The notes beneath the pieces were generated by a model. It had not been told where the DNA came from and did no database searches. It saw only the letters and a program-made list of their open reading frames with translations. Both the position numbers and the translations under genes were made by a program. From Candidatus Karelsulcia muelleri PSPU (GTDB lineage Bacteria; Bacteroidota; Bacteroidia; Flavobacteriales; Blattabacteriaceae): a DNA stretch of 32,000 nucleotides. Positions 1-9,772 of the stretch are shown piece after piece (position 1 is the stretch's first letter; each line of letters starts with the position of its first letter). The DNA lies in the NCBI RefSeq assembly GCF_000829155.1, contig NZ_AP013293.1, positions 120,001-152,000 on the forward strand. The letters run 5' to 3'.

Positions 1-833
1 CCAATTTTTAATCCTTTCCTTTGACCTTTTGTAAAATAATGAACACCTATATGTTTACCTATAATTTTACCATATTCTTTTTTATATTTTATTTTTTTTG
101 ATAAAAAAAATAATAATTCTTTTTTAGAAGAAAATTTATATTTATCATATTTATATATATGATTATTTTTATTTATTTCTATAATATCTCCTTTTTTTTC
201 TACTAATTTTTTTTTTAAAAAATTTAAAAATTTTATTTTTCCAATAAAACATATACCTTGAGAGTCTTTTTTTTTAGCATTAATTAAATTATACTTATTA
301 GCTATTTCTCTCACTTTTTTTTTATTTAAATTTCCCAATGGAAAAATTGAATTTTTAATTTGATCTTGATTAAGATTACATAAAAAATATGATTGATCTT
401 TATTATCATCAATACCAGATATTATTTTATAATAAATTTTTCCATTTTTTTTTATTTTTTCCTTTCTAACATAATGACCTGTTGCTATCAAATCCGATTT
501 GAAAAATATTGATTTTTCTAAAAAAATTTTAAATTTAATTTTACTATTACAAAGTATATCAGGATTAGGGGTCAAACCTTTTTTATATTCTTTATAAATA
601 TAATTTATAATTAATTTTTTATAATTTTTAGTAATATCAATTATATAAAATGGAATTTTTAAACTTTGTGATACTAACATTGCATCTATACTATCTTCTC
701 TCCAAGGACATTTATTATTTATATTATAATATTTAAGATATATTCCAATAACATCATAACCTTTTTGTTTTAGTAACAAAGCTGCTACACTAGAATCTAC
801 ACCGCCAGACATTCCTACAATTACCCGTTTCAT
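1..833 (-). CDS. mnmA: tRNA-specific 2-thiouridylase MnmA, C-terminus beyond the window
   Basis: Not in the supplied ORF track because it runs off the edge. Minus strand from ATG at 833 reads MKRVIVGMSGGVDSSVAALLLKQKGYDVIG...CPWREDSIDA...NPDILCNSKIKF...ATGHYVRK...KDQSYFLCNL...DSQGICFIGK...GKHIGVHYFTKGQRKGLKIG. I checked the frame explicitly from 240 to 1. PP-loop SGGVDSS and the family motifs are present. Confidence 0.95.
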   Translation of the reverse strand, partial: MKRVIVGMSGGVDSSVAALLLKQKGYDVIGIYLKYYNINNKCPWREDSIDAMLVSQSLKIPFYIIDITKNYKKLIINYIYKEYKKGLTPNPDILCNSKIKFKIFLEKSIFFKSDLIATGHYVRKEKIKKNGKIYYKIISGIDDNKDQSYFLCNLNQDQIKNSIFPLGNLNKKKVREIANKYNLINAKKKDSQGICFIGKIKFLNFLKKKLVEKKGDIIEINKNNHIYKYDKYKFSSKKELLFFLSKKIKYKKEYGKIIGKHIGVHYFTKGQRKGLKI

Positions 834-845
834 AAAAAGTTTTTA

Positions 846-1979
846 TTATGAAAACATTTCTTTGACTTTTTCAAAAAAAGATTTTTCAAATTTATTAGGA
901 CAAGGAATAAAATTTTTATCATATTTATTTTTTTTAAAAAAAATCTTTTGTTCTTCATTTAATTTTTTAGGAGTCCATACATTGATATGTATCAGTAAAT
1001 CTCCTTTTTCAAAACCTTCAAGAGAAGGTAATCCTTTACCTTTTAATCTAAAAGTTTTTCCTGATTGGGTTCCTGCATTTATTTTAATACGGGCTTTGAC
1101 TTTTCCATCTCCAGTAGGTACTTCTTCAGAAGAACCTAATACAGCATCTGTAAATGATATATATAAATCGTAATGTAAATTTTTACCTTCACGTTTTAAT
1201 TTTTCATGAGGAATTTCTTCAATAACAACTATAATATCACCAGGAATTCCATTTCCAAATGGAGCATCATTTCCTTTACCTGATATTTTTAATTGTATAC
1301 CTTCAGTTACCCCAGGAGGAATAGTAATACTTACTAATTCTTCTTCTTTTATTAAACCTTTATTATTTACTCCTTTAGGGATGTTTTCACCTTTTTTTCC
1401 TAAACCACTACATATATTACATGTAGTAGTAGTATTCATTCTCCCTAAAATTGTATTTGTTACACGTGTTATTTGTCCTGTTCCATTACAATTTTTACAA
1501 TATATTAATTCAACACCTTTAGCCATTTTAAAACGTTGAACTTTAATTTTTTTTTTTATTCCTTTTATAATTTCATTAATGTCTAATTTTACTCTTATTC
1601 TTAGATTACTTCCTTTAAGGATTTTTTTTTTATTATAATGACTAAATCCAAATTCGGAAAAATTGCCACTAAAAGAATCTCCAAAGAGATCTCCAAAATT
1701 TGTAAAAATCTCTTCCATATTCATTCCTTCATAACCATTATTAGAATATCCTTGAAAACCAGAATGACCAAATTTATCATAACGTTGTTTTTTTTCAGTA
1801 TTACTTAAAATATGATAAGCTTCAGCTGCTTCTTTAAATTTTTCTTCCGCTTCCTTTTTATTTTCTTTATTTTTATCTGGATGATATTTTAAAGCTAATC
1901 TTCTATAAGCTTTTTTAATTTCATCAGGAGATGAATCTCTAGATATACCTAATATTTCGTAATAATCTTTCTTTATCAT
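846..1979 (-). CDS. dnaJ: Chaperone protein DnaJ with a reduced zinc-finger domain
   Basis: J-domain [32 protein letters not shown] with HPD, G/F region, CxxCxGxG repeats, C-terminal substrate-binding domain. Confidence 0.97.
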   Translation of the reverse strand: MIKKDYYEILGISRDSSPDEIKKAYRRLALKYHPDKNKENKKEAEEKFKEAAEAYHILSNTEKKQRYDKFGHSGFQGYSNNGYEGMNMEEIFTNFGDLFGDSFSGNFSEFGFSHYNKKKILKGSNLRIRVKLDINEIIKGIKKKIKVQRFKMAKGVELIYCKNCNGTGQITRVTNTILGRMNTTTTCNICSGLGKKGENIPKGVNNKGLIKEEELVSITIPPGVTEGIQLKISGKGNDAPFGNGIPGDIIVVIEEIPHEKLKREGKNLHYDLYISFTDAVLGSSEEVPTGDGKVKARIKINAGTQSGKTFRLKGKGLPSLEGFEKGDLLIHINVWTPKKLNEEQKIFFKKNKYDKNFIPCPNKFEKSFFEKVKEMFS

Positions 1980-1981
1980 GA

Positions 1982-2470
1982 TTATTTTCCAACAATAACT
2001 TTAGAATATCTAATAACTTTTTTATTTAAAAAATATCCTTCCTCTATTACAGAGAGTACTTTTCCTTTTAGTTCATCCAATGTTGCTTTAACTTGAGTTA
2101 TTGCTTCATGCAGATCTGTATTAAATTTATCACCTTTTTTTGTTTTAATTTTTTTTAGTCCTTTATTTTTTAATATTTCATAAAATTTTTTTTTTATAAA
2201 AAAAATTCCTTGAATTAAAGGTTTATTATTATTATAATATTTTTTAATTTCTTTTAAACTTCTATCAAAATCATCTAAAACAGATAATAAATCAAATAAA
2301 AGAGTTTCATTAGCATTTTTTATAATTTCTAATTTTTCTTTTTTTATACGTTTTTTAAAATTTTTAAAATCTCCAAATATACGTATATATTTTATATTCT
2401 CTTCATTTAATTTATCATTTAATTTTTTTATTTCAATATTATCTAATTTTTCATCAATTGTTTCATACAT
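1982..2470 (-). CDS. grpE: Nucleotide exchange factor GrpE
   Basis: Coiled-coil start, [72 protein letters not shown]. Adjacent to dnaJ. Confidence 0.95.
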   Translation of the reverse strand: MYETIDEKLDNIEIKKLNDKLNEENIKYIRIFGDFKNFKKRIKKEKLEIIKNANETLLFDLLSVLDDFDRSLKEIKKYYNNNKPLIQGIFFIKKKFYEILKNKGLKKIKTKKGDKFNTDLHEAITQVKATLDELKGKVLSVIEEGYFLNKKVIRYSKVIVGK

Positions 2471-2595
2471 AATAAAAAATTATAAAAAAATTATAAAAAA
2501 ATTATTAAAAAATTATAAAAAAATTATTAAATAAAAATTTCTTTGAAAGAAAGATTAACCAAATCTATTAAAAATAAATTAATAACTTTATATAA
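2471..2595. promoter_or_regulatory. Divergent AT-rich intergenic region with phased A-tracts between grpE (-) and the rny-like gene (+)
   Basis: A6-A7 tracts starting at 2474, 2484, 2495, 2507 and 2517. Probable promoter region by position only. Confidence 0.45.
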
Positions 2596-2796
2596 AAGTT
2601 TTTTTTTATTTTAAAAATAATTAAATTTAAAATTTATAATTTATCTCTTAAAAAGATTGATAAATTATCAATTAAAGAAATCCGTTTTTATTTATTAAAT
2701 TTTTTTAAAAAAGAAGAACAAATAATATTAAAATTAAATTTTAATAAAATTAAAAATATTAAAAATAAAAACAATCATTTTTTAGCAAAAAAAATA

Positions 2797-3774
2797 ATGA
2801 TTGAATCAATTCAAAGATTAGCAACATCTATTACTATAGAAAATTCTATTTCTATTTTGAATATAGATTCATTAGAAATGAAAAAAAAAATTATAGGAAA
2901 AAATGGCATAAATATTAGAGCTTTAGAAACCTTAACTGGTGTAGAAATTATAATAGATGATAATCCTGATTATATTTTAATCTCTAGTTTTAATCCAATA
3001 AGAAGAGAAATAGCTAGATTATCTATTTCTAAATTGATTTTAGATTGCATAATCTATCCATCACGAATAGAAGAAATTGTTTTTATTTCTGAAAAAGAAA
3101 TTTTAAAAGAAATCTTTTATATTGGAAAAAAAACTATAATTGATATGGGGATAAGAATTATTCATCCTGAACTAATTAAAATTGTAGGTAAAATGAAATA
3201 TCGTTCTTCTTATGGCCAAAATCTTTTACAACATTCTTGTGAAGTAGCTAATTTATCTTCAATATTGTCATCAGAAATTGGTTTAAATATAAAATTTGCT
3301 AAACGTGCAGGATTATTACATGATATTGGAAAAGTTTCTGACTTTGAATCTGAATTTTCTCATGCAGTTTTGGGAATGAATTGGGCGAAAAAATATGGAG
3401 AACATCCTTATATTTGTAATTCTATTGGATCTCATCATGATGAGATTGAAATGAAATCCTTATTATCTCCTATAATACAAATTTCAGATACTATCAGTAG
3501 TTCAAGACCTGGTGTTAGAAGAAATCATTATGATTCATACTTAAAAAGGTTGAATGACCTTGAAATACTAGCATTGAATTGTAATGGAGTAAAAAAAGCT
3601 TTTGCTCTCCAATCAGGAAAAGAATTACGTGTTATTGTTGAAAGTGAAACAATAGATGAAAAAAAAATATATAAATTATCTCGTGATTTAATTATTAAAA
3701 TTAAAAATAAAGTAAATTTTCCAGGTGAAATAAAGATAACCGTAATTAGAGAAATTAAATCTCTAGAGTTTTAA
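2797..3774 (+). CDS. rny: RNase Y-like protein (KH + HD domains), N-terminally reduced; the open frame extends upstream to 2596 without a standard start codon
   Basis: KH domain IIGKNGINIRALETLTGVEIIIDDNPDYILISSFNPIRREIARL, HD domain LLQHSCEVANLSSILSSEIG...AKRAGLLHDIGK, SHHDE, SSSRPGVRR, C-terminal PGEIKITVIRE. Confidence 0.9.
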   Translation: MIESIQRLATSITIENSISILNIDSLEMKKKIIGKNGINIRALETLTGVEIIIDDNPDYILISSFNPIRREIARLSISKLILDCIIYPSRIEEIVFISEKEILKEIFYIGKKTIIDMGIRIIHPELIKIVGKMKYRSSYGQNLLQHSCEVANLSSILSSEIGLNIKFAKRAGLLHDIGKVSDFESEFSHAVLGMNWAKKYGEHPYICNSIGSHHDEIEMKSLLSPIIQISDTISSSRPGVRRNHYDSYLKRLNDLEILALNCNGVKKAFALQSGKELRVIVESETIDEKKIYKLSRDLIIKIKNKVNFPGEIKITVIREIKSLEF

Positions 3775-3820
3775 TTTTTAAAAACAAATAATTATATTAA
3801 AAATAAAAAATAAAATTAAT

Positions 3821-5218
3821 ATGAATTATTATGATGTTGTTATAATAGGATCTGGTCCTGGTGGATATATTTCTGCAATACGTTGTTCACAACTAGGATT
3901 TAAGACAGCTATTATAGAAAAATATCCCAATTTTGGGGGAACTTGTCTTAATGTAGGATGTATTCCATCAAAAACACTTTTATATTATGCGGAAAATTAT
4001 CATAAAGCTAAAAATAGTTTTTATAAACATGGAATAAAATTTGATAATATCTTATTAGATTTTAAAAAAATGATGAATAGTAAAAATAATATTGTTAATA
4101 AAATTTGTGAGGGTATAAAATATTTAATTTCTAAAAATAGAATAAAAAGTTATTTAGGAACAGCTATTTTTAAAAATAAAAATACTATTTACATTTTAAA
4201 TAAAAAATCTATAATAGAAAAAATAAATTTTACTTATGCTATAATAGCTACTGGCTCTAAACCAATGGAATTACCCTTTGCCAAAATAGATGGAAATAAA
4301 ATTATATCATCTACAGAGATTTTATCACTTAATTATATTCCCAAAAAATTATCAATAATAGGAGGTGGTGTTATAGGAATTGAATTAGGATCATTATATA
4401 ATAAAATAGGGTCAGATGTAACAATAATTGAATATGAAAAAAATATAATTAGTAAAATGGATTTAGATTTAAGTAAAGAATTAGAAAAAATTTTAAAAAA
4501 AGATGGAATTAAATTTTTTTTTTCTACAAAAGTAGAAAGCATAGAGATTATTAAATCTAAGGTTAAAATTAATGCAAAAATTAATAAAAATAACAATATA
4601 AATATTATATCTAATTGTTGTTTATTATCAATAGGAAGAATTCCATATACCGATAATTTAGGATTAGAAAATATTGGAATAAAAAAAAATAATAAAGGTT
4701 TTATTATAGTAAATAATAATTTACAAACAAATATAGAAAATATATATGCTATAGGTGATGTTATTGGAGGATTAATGTTAGCACATAAAGCTGAAAAAGA
4801 AGGAATATTTGTCTCAGATAATATTTATGGAAATAAAAATATTATTAATTATAATTTAATACCATCTGTAATTTATACAAATCCAGAAGTAGCTAGTGTA
4901 GGAAAAAGTGAAGAAGAATTAAAAAATATAAAATATAAAATAGGAAAATTTCCTATTAAAGCTTTAGGTAGGGCTATTTCTAGTGGAGATATTAATGGAT
5001 TTGTAAAAATATTATCTGATGAATTAACAGATGAAATTTTAGGAATTCATATGATAGGTCCTAGAGTATCAGATATAATAATTGAAGCCGTTTTAGCTAT
5101 GGAGTTTAGAGCTTCATCTGAAGATTTATCATTAATATCATATGCTCATCCTACTTTTACTGAAGCTGTTAAAGAAGCAGCCTTAATTGCTACAGGGAAT
5201 AAACCTATACATATTTAA
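3821..5218 (+). CDS. lpd: Dihydrolipoyl dehydrogenase
   Basis: FAD-binding GSGPGGYISAIRCSQLG, redox motif GGTCLNVGCIPSK, YAIGDVIGG, C-terminal HMIGP and HAHPTFTE-like YAHPTFTEAVKEAA. Confidence 0.96.
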   Translation: MNYYDVVIIGSGPGGYISAIRCSQLGFKTAIIEKYPNFGGTCLNVGCIPSKTLLYYAENYHKAKNSFYKHGIKFDNILLDFKKMMNSKNNIVNKICEGIKYLISKNRIKSYLGTAIFKNKNTIYILNKKSIIEKINFTYAIIATGSKPMELPFAKIDGNKIISSTEILSLNYIPKKLSIIGGGVIGIELGSLYNKIGSDVTIIEYEKNIISKMDLDLSKELEKILKKDGIKFFFSTKVESIEIIKSKVKINAKINKNNNINIISNCCLLSIGRIPYTDNLGLENIGIKKNNKGFIIVNNNLQTNIENIYAIGDVIGGLMLAHKAEKEGIFVSDNIYGNKNIINYNLIPSVIYTNPEVASVGKSEEELKNIKYKIGKFPIKALGRAISSGDINGFVKILSDELTDEILGIHMIGPRVSDIIIEAVLAMEFRASSEDLSLISYAHPTFTEAVKEAALIATGNKPIHI

Positions 5219-5232
5219 TTAATAATTATAAA

Positions 5233-6564
5233 ATGGTCAAATCACCCCCTCAAGCTATAGATTTAGAAGAAGCTGTTTTAGGTGCATTGATGATTGATAA
5301 AAAAGTATTTTCTAGTATTATAGATATAATAACTCCAGAAATTTTTTATAAAAATGAAAATCGTGAGATATTCAAAGTAATACAAAAATTATTTAATTAT
5401 TCTAAACCTATAGATTTATATACTGTATCAAATCAATTAAAAAAAGAAGGAAAAATTAATTTTATAGGAGGAGATTATTATTTAATAAAACTTACTCAAA
5501 AAGTAATTTCTTCAGCTCATATAAAATATCATGCAAATATAATTAGACAAAAATTTATATTAAGACGGTTAATTGAAATTTCTTATTTTATAATAAAAAA
5601 TTCCTATAAAGAAACTACTGATGTATTTGATATTTTAAATTATGCAGAATCACAATTATTTAATATAAGTAATAATAACTTTAAAAGAAATTATGAAAAT
5701 GCTAAAGATTTAATTGATAGAGCTATATCAAATATAAAAAAATTACAACTTAATAATGGCTTAAGTGGAATTCCTTCAGGATTTAAAACTATTGATAATA
5801 TTACTGGTGGTTGGCAAAAATCTGATTTAATAATTATTGCTGCTAGACCTGGAATGGGCAAAACATCTTTTGCTCTTTCTATGACTAGAAATATTGTTAT
5901 TAAATATAATATACCTACAATGATATTTTCTTTAGAAATGTCTTCAATACAATTAATAACAAGATTAATTTATTCTGAAACAGAAATTTCTTCTGAAAAA
6001 TTTAGAAAATCAATTTTATCTGATTTTGAATGGAATAAGATTTTTATTAAAATAAAAAAATTAAAAAATTCACCTTTATTTATTGATGATACACCATCTT
6101 TATCTGTTTTTGATTTAAGAGCTAAATGTAGACGTATGGTCTCACAACATAAAATAGGTATAATAATAATAGATTATTTACAATTAATGACAGTAAGTAA
6201 TAAGCCTATAAATAGGGAACAAGAAATATCTCTTATATCAAGAAATTTAAAATCTATAGCAAAAGAATTAAATATACCTATAATTGCTATTTCACAATTA
6301 TCACGTGCTGTAGAAATAAGAGGTGGGTATAAAAGACCTTTATTATCAGATTTAAGAGAATCTGGAGCTATAGAACAAGATGCCGATATTGTTTCATTTA
6401 TTTATCGTCCTGATTATTATGGTTTTCATTATTGGGATAATGATGAATCTACTCCTTGTAAGGGAGAAGCAGAATTTATAATAGCTAAAAATAGAAATGG
6501 TGGATTATATAATTTAAAACTTAATTTTATAAGTAATTCTGTTAAATTTACAGAGAAATTTTAA
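5233..6564 (+). CDS. dnaB: Replicative DNA helicase DnaB
   Basis: N-terminal PPQAIDLEEAVLGALM, Walker A ARPGMGKTSFALS, IIIDYLQLM, AISQLSRAVEIRGG, LSDLRESGAIEQDADIVSFIYR. Confidence 0.97.
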   Translation: MVKSPPQAIDLEEAVLGALMIDKKVFSSIIDIITPEIFYKNENREIFKVIQKLFNYSKPIDLYTVSNQLKKEGKINFIGGDYYLIKLTQKVISSAHIKYHANIIRQKFILRRLIEISYFIIKNSYKETTDVFDILNYAESQLFNISNNNFKRNYENAKDLIDRAISNIKKLQLNNGLSGIPSGFKTIDNITGGWQKSDLIIIAARPGMGKTSFALSMTRNIVIKYNIPTMIFSLEMSSIQLITRLIYSETEISSEKFRKSILSDFEWNKIFIKIKKLKNSPLFIDDTPSLSVFDLRAKCRRMVSQHKIGIIIIDYLQLMTVSNKPINREQEISLISRNLKSIAKELNIPIIAISQLSRAVEIRGGYKRPLLSDLRESGAIEQDADIVSFIYRPDYYGFHYWDNDESTPCKGEAEFIIAKNRNGGLYNLKLNFISNSVKFTEKF

Positions 6565-6576
6565 TAAACATTAATA

Positions 6577-7557
6577 ATGTATAAAATTAGTAAAAAATCA
6601 GAATATTTTTTATATAAATATTTAACAACTGGATCTGAAGTTGATGCTCAAAAAATATGGATGAAATATATAAAACAATATTCAGACTCTATTGAAATAG
6701 ATAATTATGGAACAGTTGTAGGTATTATAAATAAAAAAAAAACTTTTAAAATTGTAATTGAAGCACATATAGATGAAATTTACTGGTATGTTAATTATAT
6801 TACAGATGATGGATTTATATATGTAGCTGGTGGGAGTGAGAATAAGATAGCAACGTCAAAACGTGTTAATATTCATACTAAAAATTGTATTATTGATGGA
6901 TTATTTGTATGGCCCGCTATTAAATCACCAAATATAAAAAAAATTTTTATAGATATAGGTGCTTCTAATAAAAAAGAAGTAGAAGATTTGGGAATTAATG
7001 TAGGTTGTATGGTAACTTATACAGATAATTTTTTTATTATGAATAATAACTATTTTGTAGGGAGTGCGTTAAATAATAAAATAGGTGGATTTATTATAGC
7101 TGAAGTTATGAGGTTAATAAAAGAAAATAATTTTGTATTCCCTTATGGGTTGTATGTTATAAATTATGTTAAAAACACTAAAATAATTAGTATTAAACCT
7201 AATATAGCTATTATAACTGATGTATGTAATGATACTACTATGATTGATAAAAAAATCAATGGAGATGTAAAATGCGGATTGGGACCAGTTATAAGTTATT
7301 CTACATCAATCAACAATAATTTACGTGAAAAAATTATATATATTGCTAATAAAAATAATTTAGACTTTCAAAGACTTGTATCACCTATATGTACAGGTAC
7401 ATACAATGGTGTTATTTATGCTTTAATATCTATTCCTATACGTTATATGCATACAACAGTAGAAATGGCTAACAAAAAAGATATAGAAAATTGTATACAT
7501 CTAATGTTTGAAACATTAAAAAGTATATATAGTAACAAAAATTTTAAATATTTGTAA
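6577..7557 (+). CDS. M42-family (FrvX/CelM-like) aminopeptidase homologue, probably catalytically inactive
   Basis: AHIDEIYWYVNYITDDGFIYV, SKRVNIHTKNCIIDGLFVWPAI, SALNNKIGGF, ITDVCNDTTMIDKK, GDVKCGLGPVISY, IPIRYMHTTVEMANKKDIE resemble the Bacteroidota M42 consensus. Confidence 0.88.
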   Translation: MYKISKKSEYFLYKYLTTGSEVDAQKIWMKYIKQYSDSIEIDNYGTVVGIINKKKTFKIVIEAHIDEIYWYVNYITDDGFIYVAGGSENKIATSKRVNIHTKNCIIDGLFVWPAIKSPNIKKIFIDIGASNKKEVEDLGINVGCMVTYTDNFFIMNNNYFVGSALNNKIGGFIIAEVMRLIKENNFVFPYGLYVINYVKNTKIISIKPNIAIITDVCNDTTMIDKKINGDVKCGLGPVISYSTSINNNLREKIIYIANKNNLDFQRLVSPICTGTYNGVIYALISIPIRYMHTTVEMANKKDIENCIHLMFETLKSIYSNKNFKYL

Positions 7558-7574
7558 ATTATAAATAAAAAAAA

Positions 7575-8570
7575 ATGTATACACCACAAAAATTTAAAAA
7601 TAAAATTTTTTATAAAAGTAAAAATGCACAGAAACATATAGTATTACCTGAAGGAGAAGAAGAACGGATTATTATAGCGGCATCAATTTTTATATATAAT
7701 AAACTTGGAAAGTTAACTATATTAGGTGATTCAAAAACAATTAAAAAAAAAATAAAAAAATTAAATTTATATTGGGATGAAAAGAGTATAAAAATAATAA
7801 ATCCTAAAAATTCTATATATTTAAATGAGTTTGCTGAAACTCTTTATGAATTAAGAAAAAATAAAGGTATGAAATTTGAAGAAGCCAAATTTCTTATTTC
7901 AGATTTTTCATATTTTGGAACTATGATGGTTTATAAAGGAATGACTGATGGTATGGTTTCAGGTGCAGTTAATACGACTGCTAATACTGTTAGGCCTGCT
8001 TTCCAAATAATAAAACAGAAAATAGGAATAAAAACTGTATCATCTATGTTTTTTATGTTATTACAAAATCGTGTAATAATATATTCAGATTGTGCTATAA
8101 TTTCTACCCCGACATCAGAACAATTAGCTGATATAGCAATATGTTCAGCCGAAACTGCTAAATTGTTTGGAATAACACCTAAAATTGCCATGTTATCATA
8201 TTCATCTGGAAATTCTGGATTTGGAAAAGAAGTAGAAAAAGTTAGAGAAGCTACATATATTGTTATAAAAACTAATCCTAGTATTATTATAGATGGTCCT
8301 ATTCAATATGATGCTGCAGTAGATACAGAAATTTGTAAAAAAAAAATACCTAATTCTAAATTAAAAGGAAAAGCTAATATATTTATATTTCCTGATCTTA
8401 ATTCAGGAAATAATACTTATAAAGCAGTAAAACATGAAACTAAATCAATTTCTATTGGACCAATATTGCAAGGATTAAAAAAACCAATTAATGATTTAAG
8501 CAGAGGATCTACTGTAAAAGACATATATAATACTATTATAATTACTTGTATACAAGCAAATAAAATATGA
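7575..8570 (+). CDS. pta: Phosphate acetyltransferase, short form
   Basis: VLPEGEEERI, GMTDGMVSGAVNTTANTVRPAFQIIK, MLSYSSGNSG, DGPIQYDAAVD, FIFPDLNSGNNTYKAV, LQGLKKPINDLSRGSTV. The next gene is ackA. Confidence 0.95.
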   Translation: MYTPQKFKNKIFYKSKNAQKHIVLPEGEEERIIIAASIFIYNKLGKLTILGDSKTIKKKIKKLNLYWDEKSIKIINPKNSIYLNEFAETLYELRKNKGMKFEEAKFLISDFSYFGTMMVYKGMTDGMVSGAVNTTANTVRPAFQIIKQKIGIKTVSSMFFMLLQNRVIIYSDCAIISTPTSEQLADIAICSAETAKLFGITPKIAMLSYSSGNSGFGKEVEKVREATYIVIKTNPSIIIDGPIQYDAAVDTEICKKKIPNSKLKGKANIFIFPDLNSGNNTYKAVKHETKSISIGPILQGLKKPINDLSRGSTVKDIYNTIIITCIQANKI

Positions 8571-9772
8571 AATTACTAATTTTAAATTTAGGAAGTTCTT
8601 CAATTAAATATCAATTAATAGAAAAAAAAACAATTTTAGCCAAAGGATTAATAGAAAGAATTGGAATGTATGGAAGTAGAATAAAACATACTTTTTTAAA
8701 AGAAAAAATAATATATAAAAATATATATAATCATTTTATAGGTTTAAAAGAAATTAATAATTTATTATGTAATTGTGTAATTATAAATACAGATGAAATA
8801 TATGCTATAGGTCATAGAATAGTTCATGGAGGTTTTTTTTTTATTAAACCTACAATAATATCAGAAAATGTAAAAAAAAAAATAAAAGAACTTTTTAATA
8901 TAGCTCCTCTACATAATAGAATAAATACTATGGGTATAGAAATATCTGAAAAAATATTTAAAAAATCAATTCAAGTAGCAGTATTTGATACTGAATTTCA
9001 TTCGACAATCCCTAAAAAAGCTTATTTATATGCAATTCCATATGAATTTTATTTCAAACATTATATTAGATCATATGGGTTCCATGGAATTAGTCATAAA
9101 TATGTTTCAAAAAAAGCAATACAATATTTAAAAAATAAAAAAGCTAAATTAATTACTATGCATCTAGGAAATGGATCTAGTATAACAGCTGTAGATTCTG
9201 GCGTATCTGTAGAAACGTCTATGGGATTTTCTCCAAATAGTGGATTAATAATGGGAACAAGATCTGGGGATATAGATAGTAATATTATTTTTAATACTCT
9301 AAAAAAAGGTTTTAAAATAGATGAATTGATTGATATTTTAAATAAAAAAAGTGGAATGTTGGCTATATCAGGTTATAGTGATATGAGAGATATAAAAAAA
9401 AGATATGATAAAGGAGACAAAAAAGCAATATTAGCATATGAAATGTATTCTTATAGAGTTAAAAAATATATTGGGATATCTATATCTGTAATGAATGGGG
9501 TAGATGCATTAATATTTACTGGAGGTATAGGAGAAAATGATATGTTAATGCGTAAACTTATATGTGAAAATTTAGATTTTTTTGGAATAAAATTAGATAA
9601 TAAAAAAAATAATAATTTATTAAAAAAAAATAATGTAAATGAAATACAAGTAAAAAATAATAAAGTAAAAATACTTGTTATTAATACAAATGAAGAATTA
9701 CAAATATCAAAAGAAATTTTAAATGTTTTAAATGTTAAAAATGTTAAAAATGTTAAAAATGTTAAAAAATAA
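8567..9772 (+). CDS. ackA: Acetate kinase
   Basis: [72 protein letters not shown]. The C-terminal tail is an NVK repeat. Confidence 0.96.
   Translation: MKLLILNLGSSSIKYQLIEKKTILAKGLIERIGMYGSRIKHTFLKEKIIYKNIYNHFIGLKEINNLLCNCVIINTDEIYAIGHRIVHGGFFFIKPTIISENVKKKIKELFNIAPLHNRINTMGIEISEKIFKKSIQVAVFDTEFHSTIPKKAYLYAIPYEFYFKHYIRSYGFHGISHKYVSKKAIQYLKNKKAKLITMHLGNGSSITAVDSGVSVETSMGFSPNSGLIMGTRSGDIDSNIIFNTLKKGFKIDELIDILNKKSGMLAISGYSDMRDIKKRYDKGDKKAILAYEMYSYRVKKYIGISISVMNGVDALIFTGGIGENDMLMRKLICENLDFFGIKLDNKKNNNLLKKNNVNEIQVKNNKVKILVINTNEELQISKEILNVLNVKNVKNVKNVKK
9731..9766. repeat. Tandem 9-bp repeat (AATGTTAAA)x4 with a degenerate flanking unit
   Basis: Read directly: aatgttaaa at 9731-9739, 9740-9748, 9749-9757 and 9758-9766. 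It spans the ackA 3' end and the mnmE 5' end. Confidence 0.95.

Noticed and set aside
862-1173. Plus-strand ORF of 103 aa antisense to dnaJ
   Set aside because: Lies fully inside a strong, conserved dnaJ reading frame; no recognisable domain. An antisense shadow ORF.
4333-4596. Minus-strand ORF of 87 aa antisense to lpd
   Set aside because: Fully antisense to lpd and hydrophobic from AT-rich composition; no family motifs.
7443-7637. Minus-strand ORF of 64 aa spanning the M42-like/pta junction
   Set aside because: Overlaps both conserved genes; Phe/Ile-rich composition expected from the antisense of Lys/Asn codons.
7931-8191. Minus-strand ORF of 86 aa antisense to pta
   Set aside because: Shadow of a conserved pta frame; no independent support.
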